Notes under the pieces: generated by a model | Database searches by the model: none | What the model was told of the DNA's origin: nothing | What the model saw: only the letters and a program-made list of their open reading frames with translations | DNA from: the human T2T-CHM13v2.0 reference genome, Homo sapiens | Length of the DNA: 64,000 nucleotides | Reading direction: 5' to 3' (one strand) | Assembly (NCBI RefSeq): GCF_009914755.1 | Contig: NC_060940.1 | In this document: positions 15,135 to 30,100 of the stretch, piece after piece | How the letters are laid out: every line of letters begins with the position of its first letter | Position numbering within the stretch: position 1 is the first letter of the stretch | Program-made: the position numbers and the translations under genes

Positions 15135-18100
15135 GATTCCATTCTATTCTAATCGATGATGATTCCATTCGATTCCATTCGATGATGATTGGATTCGATT
15201 CCATTTGATGATTTCATTTGATTCCATTCGTTAATGATTTCGATCAACTCCATTCGATGATTCCATTCGATTCCATTCGATAATGATTACATCCGAGTCC
15301 ATTCGATGATTCCATTTGAGCCCGTTCGATAATTCCATTTGAGTCCAATCAATGATTCCATTCATTTCCATTCAATGATTCCATTCGAGTCCATTTGATC
15401 ATTCTGGTAGGGTCCGTTCGATGTTGATTCCATTGGAGTGCATTCGATGATTCCATTCGAGTCCATTTTATGATTTGATTCGAGTCCTTTCGATGATTCC
15501 ATTCGATTCCACTCGATGATGATTTCATTCGAGTCCATTCGACACTTCCAATCGATTCCATTTGATGTTTCCATTCGAGTCCAATTGATGATTCCATTCA
15601 ATTCCATTCGATGATGATTCCGTACGATTCCATTCTGTGATGATTCCATGTGATTGCATTCAATGATGATTCCTTTCGATTGCATTCGATTGTGATTCAT
15701 TTCGTGTTCATTCTATGGTTCCACAGGTTTCCGTTCGTGTCCATTCCATTATTCCATTCTATTCCATTTGATGATGATTCCATTCGATTCCATTCATTGG
15801 TGATTCCACTCAATTCCATTCAATGATTCCATTCCATTTCTTTCAACAATGATTCCATTAGGTTCTAATCGATGATCCACTTGATTCCATTTGATGACGA
15901 TTCCATTCTTGCCATTCGATGATTCCATTTGATTCCATATGATGATGATTCCATTCGATTCCATACGATGATGATTCCATTCGAGTCCATTCAATGGTGA
16001 TTCCATTCCATTCCATTCCATGATTCCTTTTGATTCCATTCGATGATGATGGCATTCGATTCCTTTCAATCATTCCCTTTGATTCCATTCAAAGGTGATT
16101 TCATTCAAGTCCATTCGATAATTGCATTCGATTCCATTCTATGATGATTCCATTCGAGTCCATTTGATGATTCCATTCAATTCAAGTCAATGATGATTCC
16201 ATTCGATTCCATTCGATGATTCCATTGGATTCCATTCGATGATGATTCCATTCAAATCCATTCGATAATTCAATTCAAGTCCATTCGATGATGATTCCAA
16301 TCGAATCCATTCAAAGATTCCATTCAGTTCCATTCGATGATAACCTTAGATTCCATTCGATGATTCCACTTGTTTCCATTTACGATGATTCCATTCGATT
16401 CCATGTGATGATTCCATTCAATTCTATTCAATGATGTCTCCATTTGATTCCATTCGACCATGATTGCCTTTGCTTCCATTCAATGTTTCCATTCGGTTCC
16501 TTTTGATGATAATTCCGTTCGATTCCATTTGATGATTCCATTTGATTCCATTGGATGAGTCCATTCGATTACATTCGATGATTATTCCATTCGAGTGCAT
16601 TAGATGATTCCATTCGAGTCCATTCGATGATTCCATTCGATTCCATTCGATGTTGATTCTGTTCAAATCCATTCGATGATTCCACTCGATTCCATTCGAT
16701 GACTCCATTTGATCCCATTCGATGATTTCCTGTGATTCCCTTTGATGATCATTCCATTTGATTCAATTCGGTGATTTCATTTGATTCCATTCAGTGATGT
16801 TTCCATTCCACTCCATTCGATGATGATTCCATTCGACTCCATTCGATTATGATTTCATTCAATTCCATTCGATAATGATTCCCTTCAAGTCCATTCGATG
16901 ATTCCATTCGATTCCATTCAACGATGATTTGATTCGTGTCCATTCGATGATTCCATTTGATTCCACTTGATGATGATTCCATTCGAGTCCATTTGATGAT
17001 TCCATTCAATTCCATTCTCCGATGATTTCTTTTGAGCCCATTCAATGCTTCCACTCGATTCCATATGATGATGACTCCATTCGATTAAATTCGATGATGA
17101 TTCCGTTCGCTTGCGTTCGATGATGATTCCACTTGAGTCCGTTAGAAGATTCTATTCAATTACATTCCATGACGATTCCGATCGAGTCCATTTGATGATT
17201 CCATTAGACTCCATTCGACGATGATTCCATTCGATGTTATTCGATGATTCCATTCGATCTCATTCGATGATGATTCCATTCAACTCCATTCGATGTTTCC
17301 ATTCGAGTTCATTCTATTATTCCATTAGATTCCATTCGATGATGATTCCATTCGATTCCATTTGATGATTGCATTCTATTTCATTTGATGATGATTCCAT
17401 TCGAGTCCACTCGATGATTCCATTCGAGTCCATTTAATGAATCCATTGGTTTCAATTCTATGATGATTACATTGGATTCCATTCGTTGATGATTTCATTC
17501 GGTTCCATTCAATGATGATTCCATTCAATTCCTTTCAATGTTTCCATTCAATTGCATACGATGATGCTTCCATTTGATTTGATTCGACAGTGAGCCATTC
17601 GATTCAATTCCATGATGAATCTATTTTATTCAATTGGTTGACATTTCCATTCGATTCCATTCGATGATGATTCCCTTTGATTCCATTCAAAGATGATTCC
17701 ATTCTAGCCCATTCAATCATTCCATTCGAATCTATTCAATGATGATTCCATTCATGTCGATTTGGTGATTCCATTTGACTTCATTTGATGATGATTCCTT
17801 TCAAGTTCATTAGATGATTCCATTCGATTCCATTTGATGATGATCCCATTCGAGTCCATTCAGTGATTCCATTCGTTTCCATTCCATGATGATTCCATTC
17901 CATTCCATTCAATGATTCCATTCGATTCCGTTTGATGATGATTTCATTCGAGTCCATTTGATGTTTCCATTCGTTTCCATTCCATGATGATTCCATTCCA
18001 TTCCATTCAATGATTCCATTCGATTCCGTTTGGTGATGATTTCATTCGAGTCCATTTGATGATTCCATTTGATTCCATTCGATGATGATTCCATTCGAGT

Positions 18101-21100
18101 CCATTCGATGATTCTATTCGAATCCACTTGATGATTTCTTTTGATTATAGTTGGTGATGATTCCATTGGAGTCCATTCAATGATTCCATTCGATTCCAAT
18201 CGATGGTGATTCCATTAGAGTCCATTTAATGATTCCATTTGATTCCAGTCTCTGATGATTCCATTCGAGTCCATACGATGATTCCACTCAATTCCATATG
18301 ATGATGATTCCATTCGATTCCATTCGATGATTCCATTCTATTCTAATCGATGATGATTCCATTCGATTCCATTCGATGATGATTGGATTCGATTCCATTT
18401 GATGATTTCATTTGATTCCATTCGTTAATGATTTCGATCAACTCCATTCGATGATTCCATTCGATTCCATTCGATAATGATTACATCCGAGTCCATTCGA
18501 TGATTCCATTTGAGCCCGTTCGATAATTCCATTTGAGTCCAATCAATGATTCCATTCATTTCCATTCAATGATTCCATTCGAGTCCATTTGATCATTCTG
18601 GTAGGGTCCGTTCGATGTTGATTCCATTGGAGTGCATTCGATGATTCCATTCGAGTCCATTTTATGATTTGATTCGAGTCCTTTCGATGATTCCATTCGA
18701 TTCCACTCGATGATGATTTCATTCGAGTCCATTCGACACTTCCAATCGATTCCATTTGATGTTTCCATTCGAGTCCAATTGATGATTCCATTCAATTCCA
18801 TTCGATGATGATTCCGTACGATTCCATTCTGTGATGATTCCATGTGATTGCATTCAATGATGATTCCTTTCGATTGCATTCGATTGTGATTCATTTCGTG
18901 TTCATTCTATGGTTCCACAGGTTTCCATTCGTGTCCATTCCATTATTCCATTCTATTCCATTTCATGATGATTCCATTCGATTCCATTCATTGGTGATTC
19001 CACTCAATTCCATTCAATGATTCCATTCCATTTCTTTCAACAATGATTCCATTAGTTTCTAATCGATGATCCACTTGATTCCATTTGATGACGATTCCAT
19101 TCTTGCCATTCGATGATTCCATTTGATTCCATATGATGATGATTCCATTCGATTCCATACGATGATGATTCCATTCGAGTCCATTCAATGGTGATTCCAT
19201 TCCATTCCATTCCATGATTCCTTTTGATTCCATTCGATGATGATGGCATTCGATTCCTTTCAATCATTCCCTTTGATTCCATTCAAAGGTGATTTCATTC
19301 AAGTCCATTCGATAATTGCATTCGATTCCATTCTATGATGATTCCATTCGAGTCCATTTGATGATTCCATTCAATTCAAGTCAATGATGATTCCATTCGA
19401 TTCCATTCGATGATTCCATTGGATTCCATTCGATGATGATTCCATTCAAATCCATTCGATAATTCAATTCAAGTCCATTCGATGATGATTCCAATCGAAT
19501 CCATTCAAAGATTCCATTCAGTTCCATTCGATGATAACCTTAGATTCCATTCGATGATTCCACTTGTTTCCATTTACGATGATTCCATTCGATTCCATGT
19601 GATGATTCCATTCAATTCTATTCAATGATGTCTCCATTTGATTCCATTCGACCATGATTGCCTTTGCTTCCATTCAATGTTTCCATTCGGTTCCTTTTGA
19701 TGATAATTCCGTTCGATTCCATTTGATGATTCCATTTGATTCCATTGGATGAGTCCATTCGATTACATTCGATGATTATTCCATTCGAGTGCATTAGATG
19801 ATTCCATTCGAGTCCATTCGATGATTCCATTCGATTCCATTCGATGTTGATTCTGTTCAAATCCATTCGATGATTCCACTCGATTCCATTCGATGACTCC
19901 ATTTGATCCCATTCGATGATTTCCTGTGATTCCCTTTGATGATCATTCCATTTGATTCAATTCGGTGATTTCATTTGATTCCATTCAGTGATGTTTCCAT
20001 TCCACTCCATTCGATGATGATTCCATTCGACTCCATTCGATTATGATTTCATTCAATTCCATTCGATAATGATTCCCTTCAAGTCCATTCGATGATTCCA
20101 TTCGATTCCATTCAACGATGATTTGATTCGTGTCCATTCGATGATTCCATTTGATTCCACTTGATGATGATTCCATTCGAGTCCATTTGATGATTCCATT
20201 CAATTCCATTCTCCGATGATTTCTTTTGAGCCCATTCAATGCTTCCACTCGATTCCATATGATGATGACTCCATTCGATTAAATTCGATGATGATTCCGT
20301 TCGCTTGCGTTCGATGATGATTCCACTTGAGTCCGTTAGAAGATTCTATTCAATTACATTCCATGACGATTCCGATCGAGTCCATTTGATGATTCCATTA
20401 GACTCCATTCGACGATGATTCCATTCGATGTTATTCGATGATTCCATTCGATCTCATTCGATGATGATTCCATTCAACTCCATTCGATGTTTCCATTCGA
20501 GTTCATTCTATTATTCCATTAGATTCCATTCGATGATGATTCCATTCGATTCCATTTGATGATTGCATTCTATTTCATTTGATGATGATTCCATTCGAGT
20601 CCACTCGATGATTCCATTCGAGTCCATTTAATGAATCCATTGGTTTCAATTCTATGATGATTACATTGGATTCCATTCGTTGATGATTTCATTCGGTTCC
20701 ATTCAATGATGATTCCATTCAATTCCTTTCAATGTTTCCATTCAATTGCATACGATGATGCTTCCATTTGATTTGATTCGACAGTGAGCCATTCGATTCA
20801 ATTCCATGATGAATCTATTTTATTCAATTGGTTGACATTTCCATTCGATTCCATTCGATGATGATTCCCTTTGATTCCATTCAAAGATGATTCCATTCTA
20901 GCCCATTCAATCATTCCATTCGAATCTATTCAATGATGATTCCATTCATGTCGATTTGGTGATTCCATTTGACTTCATTTGATGATGATTCCTTTCAAGT
21001 TCATTAGATGATTCCATTCGATTCCATTTGATGATGATCCCATTCGAGTCCATTCAGTGATTCCATTCGTTTCCATTCCATGATGATTCCATTCCATTCC

Positions 21101-24100
21101 ATTCAATGATTCCATTCGATTCCGTTTGATGATGATTTCATTCGAGTCCATTTGATGTTTCCATTCGTTTCCATTCCATGATGATTCCATTCCATTCCAT
21201 TCAATGATTCCATTCGATTCCGTTTGGTGATGATTTCATTCGAGTCCATTTGATGATTCCATTTGATTCCATTCGATGATGATTCCATTCGAGTCCATTC
21301 GATGATTCTATTCGAATCCACTTGATGATTTCTTTTGATTATAGTTGGTGATGATTCCATTGGAGTCCATTCAATGATTCCATTCGATTCCAATCGATGG
21401 TGATTCCATTAGAGTCCATTTAATGATTCCATTTGATTCCAGTCTCTGATGATTCCATTCGAGTCCATACGATGATTCCACTCAATTCCATATGATGATG
21501 ATTCCATTCGATTCCATTCGATGATTCCATTCTATTCTAATCGATGATGATTCCATTCGATTCCATTCGATGATGATTGGATTCGATTCCATTTGATGAT
21601 TTCATTTGATTCCATTCGTTAATGATTTCGATCAACTCCATTCGATGATTCCATTCGATTCCATTCGATAATGATTACATCCGAGTCCATTCGATGATTC
21701 CATTTGAGCCCGTTCGATAATTCCATTTGAGTCCAATCAATGATTCCATTCATTTCCATTCAATGATTCCATTCGAGTCCATTTGATCATTCTGGTAGGG
21801 TCCGTTCGATGTTGATTCCATTGGAGTGCATTCGATGATTCCATTCGAGTCCATTTTATGATTTGATTCGAGTCCTTTCGATGATTCCATTCGATTCCAC
21901 TCGATGATGATTTCATTCGAGTCCATTCGACACTTCCAATCGATTCCATTTGATGTTTCCATTCGAGTCCAATTGATGATTCCATTCAATTCCATTCGAT
22001 GATGATTCCGTACGATTCCATTCTGTGATGATTCCATGTGATTGCATTCAATGATGATTCCTTTCGATTGCATTCGATTGTGATTCATTTCGTGTTCATT
22101 CTATGGTTCCACAGGTTTCCGTTCGTGTCCATTCCATTATTCCATTCTATTCCATTTCATGATGATTCCATTCGATTCCATTCATTGGTGATTCCACTCA
22201 ATTCCATTCAATGATTCCATTCCATTTCTTTCAACAATGATTCCATTAGTTTCTAATCGATGATCCACTTGATTCCATTTGATGACGATTCCATTCTTGC
22301 CATTCGATGATTCCATTTGATTCCATATGATGATGATTCCATTCGATTCCATACGATGATGATTCCATTCGAGTCCATTCAATGGTGATTCCATTCCATT
22401 CCATTCCATGATTCCTTTTGATTCCATTCGATGATGATGGCATTCGATTCCTTTCAATCATTCCCTTTGATTCCATTCAAAGGTGATTTCATTCAAGTCC
22501 ATTCGATAATTGCATTCGATTCCATTCTATGATGATTCCATTCGAGTCCATTTGATGATTCCATTCAATTCAAGTCAATGATGATTCCATTCGATTCCAT
22601 TCGATGATTCCATTGGATTCCATTCGATGATGATTCCATTCAAATCCATTCGATAATTCAATTCAAGTCCATTCGATGATGATTCCAATCGAATCCATTC
22701 AAAGATTCCATTCAGTTCCATTCGATGATAACCTTAGATTCCATTCGATGATTCCACTTGTTTCCATTTACGATGATTCCATTCGATTCCATGTGATGAT
22801 TCCATTCAATTCTATTCAATGATGTCTCCATTTGATTCCATTCGACCATGATTGCCTTTGCTTCCATTCAATGTTTCCATTCGGTTCCTTTTGATGATAA
22901 TTCCGTTCGATTCCATTTGATGATTCCATTTGATTCCATTGGATGAGTCCATTCGATTACATTCGATGATTATTCCATTCGAGTGCATTAGATGATTCCA
23001 TTCGAGTCCATTCGATGATTCCATTCGATTCCATTCGATGTTGATTCTGTTCAAATCCATTCGATGATTCCACTCGATTCCATTCGATGACTCCATTTGA
23101 TCCCATTCGATGATTTCCTGTGATTCCCTTTGATGATCATTCCATTTGATTCAATTCGGTGATTTCATTTGATTCCATTCAGTGATGTTTCCATTCCACT
23201 CCATTCGATGATGATTCCATTCGACTCCATTCGATTATGATTTCATTCAATTCCATTCGATAATGATTCCCTTCAAGTCCATTCGATGATTCCATTCGAT
23301 TCCATTCAACGATGATTTGATTCGTGTCCATTCGATGATTCCATTTGATTCCACTTGATGATGATTCCATTCGAGTCCATTTGATGATTCCATTCAATTC
23401 CATTCTCCGATGATTTCTTTTGAGCCCATTCAATGCTTCCACTCGATTCCATATGATGATGACTCCATTCGATTAAATTCGATGATGATTCCGTTCGCTT
23501 GCGTTCGATGATGATTCCACTTGAGTCCGTTAGAAGATTCTATTCAATTACATTCCATGACGATTCCGATCGAGTCCATTTGATGATTCCATTAGACTCC
23601 ATTCGACGATGATTCCATTCGATGTTATTCGATGATTCCATTCGATCTCATTCGATGATGATTCCATTCAACTCCATTCGATGTTTCCATTCGAGTTCAT
23701 TCTATTATTCCATTAGATTCCATTAGATGATGATTCCATTCGATTCCATTTGATGATTGCATTCTATTTCATTTGATGATGATTCCATTCGAGTCCACTC
23801 GATGATTCCATTCGAGTCCATTTAATGAATCCATTGGTTTCAATTCTATGATGATTACATTGGATTCCATTCGTTGATGATTTCATTCGGTTCCATTCAA
23901 TGATGATTCCATTCAATTCCTTTCAATGTTTCCATTCAATTGCATACGATGATGCTTCCATTTGATTTGATTCGACAGTGAGCCATTCGATTCAATTCCA
24001 TGATGAATCTATTTTATTCAATTGGTTGACATTTCCATTCGATTCCATTCGATGATGATTCCCTTTGATTCCATTCAAAGATGATTCCATTCTAGCCCAT

Positions 24101-27100
24101 TCAATCATTCCATTCGATTCTATTCAATGATGATTCCATTCATGTCGATTTGGTGATTCCATTTGACTTCATTTGATGATGATTCCTTTCAAGTTCATTA
24201 GATGATTCCATTCGATTCCATTTGATGATGATCCCATTCGAGTCCATTCAGTGATTCCATTCGTTTCCATTCCATGATGATTCCATTCCATTCCATTCAA
24301 TGATTCCATTCGATTCCGTTTGATGATGATTTCATTCGAGTCCATTTGATGTTTCCATTCGTTTCCATTCCATGATGATTCCATTCCATTCCATTCAATG
24401 ATTCCATTCGATTCCGTTTGGTGATGATTTCATTCGAGTCCATTTGATGATTCCATTTGATTCCATTCGATGATGATTCCATTCGAGTCCATTCGATGAT
24501 TCTATTCGAATCCACTTGATGATTTCTTTTGATTATAGTTGGTGATGATTCCATTGGAGTCCATTCAATGATTCCATTCGATTCCAATCGATGGTGATTC
24601 CATTAGAGTCCATTTAATGATTCCATTTGATTCCAGTCTCTGATGATTCCATTCGAGTCCATACGATGATTCCACTCAATTCCATATGATGATGATTCCA
24701 TTCGATTCCATTCGATGATTCCATTCTATTCTAATCGATGATGATTCCATTCGATTCCATTCGATGATGATTGGATTCGATTCCATTTGATGATTTCATT
24801 TGATTCCATTCGTTAATGATTTCGATCAACTCCATTCGATGATTCCATTCGATTCCATTCGATAATGATTACATCCGAGTCCATTCGATGATTCCATTTG
24901 AGCCCGTTCGATAATTCCATTTGAGTCCAATCAATGATTCCATTCATTTCCATTCAATGATTCCATTCGAGTCCATTTGATCATTCTGGTAGGGTCCGTT
25001 CGATGTTGATTCCATTGGAGTGCATTCGATGATTCCATTCGAGTCCATTTTATGATTTGATTCGAGTCCTTTCGATGATTCCATTCGATTCCACTCGATG
25101 ATGATTTCATTCGAGTCCATTCGACACTTCCAATCGATTCCATTTGATGTTTCCATTCGAGTCCAATTGATGATTCCATTCAATTCCATTCGATGATGAT
25201 TCCGTACGATTCCATTCTGTGATGATTCCATGTGATTGCATTCAATGATGATTCCTTTCGATTGCATTCGATTGTGATTCATTTCGTGTTCATTCTATGG
25301 TTCCACAGGTTTCCGTTCGTGTCCATTCCATTATTCCATTCTATTCCATTTCATGATGATTCCATTCGATTCCATTCATTGGTGATTCCACTCAATTCCA
25401 TTCAATGATTCCATTCCATTTCTTTCAACAATGATTCCATTAGTTTCTAATCGATGATCCACTTGATTCCATTTGATGACGATTCCATTCTTGCCATTCG
25501 ATGATTCCATTTGATTCCATATGATGATGATTCCATTCGATTCCATACGATGATGATTCCATTCGAGTCCATTCAATGGTGATTCCATTCCATTCCATTC
25601 CATGATTCCTTTTGATTCCATTCGATGATGATGGCATTCGATTCCTTTCAATCATTCCCTTTGATTCCATTCAAAGGTGATTTCATTCAAGTCCATTCGA
25701 TAATTGCATTCGATTCCATTCTATGATGATTCCATTCGAGTCCATTTGATGATTCCATTCAATTCAAGTCAATGATGATTCCATTCGATTCCATTCGATG
25801 ATTCCATTGGATTCCATTCGATGATGATTCCATTCAAATCCATTCGATAATTCAATTCAAGTCCATTCGATGATGATTCCAATCGAATCCATTCAAAGAT
25901 TCCATTCAGTTCCATTCGATGATAACCTTAGATTCCATTCGATGATTCCACTTGTTTCCATTTACGATGATTCCATTCGATTCCATGTGATGATTCCATT
26001 CAATTCTATTCAATGATGTCTCCATTTGATTCCATTCGACCATGATTGCCTTTGCTTCCATTCAATGTTTCCATTCGGTTCCTTTTGATGATAATTCCGT
26101 TCGATTCCATTTGATGATTCCATTTGATTCCATTGGATGAGTCCATTCGATTACATTCGATGATTATTCCATTCGAGTGCATTAGATGATTCCATTCGAG
26201 TCCATTCGATGATTCCATTCGATTCCATTCGATGTTGATTCTGTTCAAATCCATTCGATGATTCCACTCGATTCCATTCGATGACTCCATTTGATCCCAT
26301 TCGATGATTTCCTGTGATTCCCTTTGATGATCATTCCATTTGATTCAATTCGGTGATTTCATTTGATTCCATTCAGTGATGTTTCCATTCCACTCCATTC
26401 GATGATGATTCCATTCGACTCCATTCGATTATGATTTCATTCAATTCCATTCGATAATGATTCCCTTCAAGTCCATTCGATGATTCCATTCGATTCCATT
26501 CAACGATGATTTGATTCGTGTCCATTCGATGATTCCATTTGATTCCACTTGATGATGATTCCATTCGAGTCCATTTGATGATTCCATTCAATTCCATTCT
26601 CCGATGATTTCTTTTGAGCCCATTCAATGCTTCCACTCGATTCCATATGATGATGACTCCATTCGATTAAATTCGATGATGATTCCGTTCGCTTGCGTTC
26701 GATGATGATTCCACTTGAGTCCGTTAGAAGATTCTATTCAATTACATTCCATGACGATTCCGATCGAGTCCATTTGATGATTCCATTAGACTCCATTCGA
26801 CGATGATTCCATTCGATGTTATTCGATGATTCCATTCGATCTCATTCGATGATGATTCCATTCAACTCCATTCGATGTTTCCATTCGAGTTCATTCTATT
26901 ATTCCATTAGATTCCATTCGATGATGATTCCATTCGATTCCATTTGATGATTGCATTCTATTCCATTTGATGATGATTCCATTCGAGTCCACTCGATGAT
27001 TCCATTCGAGTCCATTTAATGAATCCATTGGTTTCAATTCTATGATGATTACATTGGATTCCATTCGTTGATGATTTCATTCGGTTCCATTCAATGATGA

Positions 27101-30100
27101 TTCCATTCAATTCCTTTCAATGTTTCCATTCAATTGCATACGATGATGCTTCCATTTGATTTGATTCGACAGTGAGCCATTCGATTCAATTCCATGATGA
27201 ATCTATTTTATTCAATTGGTTGACATTTCCATTCGATTCCATTCGATGATGATTCCCTTTGATTCCATTCAAAGATGATTCCATTCTAGCCCATTCAATC
27301 ATTCCATTCGAATCTATTCAATGATGATTCCATTCATGTCGATTTGGTGATTCCATTTGACTTCATTTGATGATGATTCCTTTCAAGTTCATTAGATGAT
27401 TCCATTCGATTCCATTTGATGATGATCCCATTCGAGTCCATTCAGTGATTCCATTCGTTTCCATTCCATGATGATTCCATTCCATTCCATTCAATGATTC
27501 CATTCGATTCCGTTTGATGATGATTTCATTCGAGTCCATTTGATGTTTCCATTCGTTTCCATTCCATGATGATTCCATTCCATTCCATTCAATGATTCCA
27601 TTCGATTCCGTTTGGTGATGATTTCATTCGAGTCCATTTGATGATTCCATTTGATTCCATTCGATGATGATTCCATTCGAGTCCATTCGATGATTCTATT
27701 CGAATCCACTTGATGATTTCTTTTGATTATAGTTGGTGATGATTCCATTGGAGTCCATTCAATGATTCCATTCGATTCCAATCGATGGTGATTCCATTAG
27801 AGTCCATTTAATGATTCCATTTGATTCCAGTCTCTGATGATTCCATTCGAGTCCATACGATGATTCCACTCAATTCCATATGATGATGATTCCATTCGAT
27901 TCCATTCGATGATTCCATTCTATTCTAATCGATGATGATTCCATTCGATTCCATTCGATGATGATTGGATTCGATTCCATTTGATGATTTCATTTGATTC
28001 CATTCGTTAATGATTTCGATCAACTCCATTCGATGATTCCATTCGATTCCATTCGATAATGATTACATCCGAGTCCATTCGATGATTCCATTTGAGCCCG
28101 TTCGATAATTCCATTTGAGTCCAATCAATGATTCCATTCATTTCCATTCAATGATTCCATTCGAGTCCATTTGATCATTCTGGTAGGGTCCGTTCGATGT
28201 TGATTCCATTGGAGTGCATTCGATGATTCCATTCGAGTCCATTTTATGATTTGATTCGAGTCCTTTCGATGATTCCATTCGATTCCACTCGATGATGATT
28301 TCATTCGAGTCCATTCGACACTTCCAATCGATTCCATTTGATGTTTCCATTCGAGTCCAATTGATGATTCCATTCAATTCCATTCGATGATGATTCCGTA
28401 CGATTCCATTCTGTGATGATTCCATGTGATTGCATTCAATGATGATTCCTTTCGATTGCATTCGATTGTGATTCATTTCGTGTTCATTCTATGGTTCCAC
28501 AGGTTTCCGTTCGTGTCCATTCCATTATTCCATTCTATTCCATTTCATGATGATTCCATTCGATTCCATTCATTGGTGATTCCACTCAATTCCATTCAAT
28601 GATTCCATTCCATTTCTTTCAACAATGATTCCATTAGTTTCTAATCGATGATCCACTTGATTCCATTTGATGACGATTCCATTCTTGCCATTCGATGATT
28701 CCATTTGATTCCATATGATGATGATTCCATTCGATTCCATACGATGATGATTCCATTCGAGTCCATTCAATGGTGATTCCATTCCATTCCATTCCATGAT
28801 TCCTTTTGATTCCATTCGATGATGATGGCATTCGATTCCTTTCAATCATTCCCTTTGATTCCATTCAAAGGTGATTTCATTCAAGTCCATTCGATAATTG
28901 CATTCGATTCCATTCTATGATGATTCCATTCGAGTCCATTTGATGATTCCATTCAATTCAAGTCAATGATGATTCCATTCGATTCCATTCGATGATTCCA
29001 TTGGATTCCATTCGATGATGATTCCATTCAAATCCATTCGATAATTCAATTCAAGTCCATTCGATGATGATTCCAATCGAATCCATTCAAAGATTCCATT
29101 CAGTTCCATTCGATGATAACCTTAGATTCCATTCGATGATTCCACTTGTTTCCATTTACGATGATTCCATTCGATTCCATGTGATGATTCCATTCAATTC
29201 TATTCAATGATGTCTCCATTTGATTCCATTCGACCATGATTGCCTTTGCTTCCATTCAATGTTTCCATTCGGTTCCTTTTGATGATAATTCCGTTCGATT
29301 CCATTTGATGATTCCATTTGATTCCATTGGATGAGTCCATTCGATTACATTCGATGATTATTCCATTCGAGTGCATTAGATGATTCCATTCGAGTCCATT
29401 CGATGATTCCATTCGATTCCATTCGATGTTGATTCTGTTCAAATCCATTCGATGATTCCACTCGATTCCATTCGATGACTCCATTTGATCCCATTCGATG
29501 ATTTCCTGTGATTCCCTTTGATGATCATTCCATTTGATTCAATTCGGTGATTTCATTTGATTCCATTCAGTGATGTTTCCATTCCACTCCATTCGATGAT
29601 GATTCCATTCGACTCCATTCGATTATGATTTCATTCAATTCCATTCGATAATGATTCCCTTCAAGTCCATTCGATGATTCCATTCGATTCCATTCAACGA
29701 TGATTTGATTCTTGTCCATTCGATGATTCCATTTGATTCCACTTGATGATGATTCCATTCGAGTCCATTTGATGATTCCATTCAATTCCATTCTCCGATG
29801 ATTTCTTTTGAGCCCATTCAATGCTTCCACTCGATTCCATATGATGATGACTCCATTCGATTAAATTCGATGATGATTCCGTTCGCTTGCGTTCGATGAT
29901 GATTCCACTTGAGTCCGTTAGAAGATTCTATTCAATTACATTCCATGACGATTCCGATCGAGTCCATTTGATGATTCCATTAGACTCCATTCGACGATGA
30001 TTCCATTCGATGTTATTCGATGATTCCATTCGATCTCATTCGATGATGATTCCATTCAACTCCATTCGATGTTTCCATTCGAGTTCATTCTATTATTCCA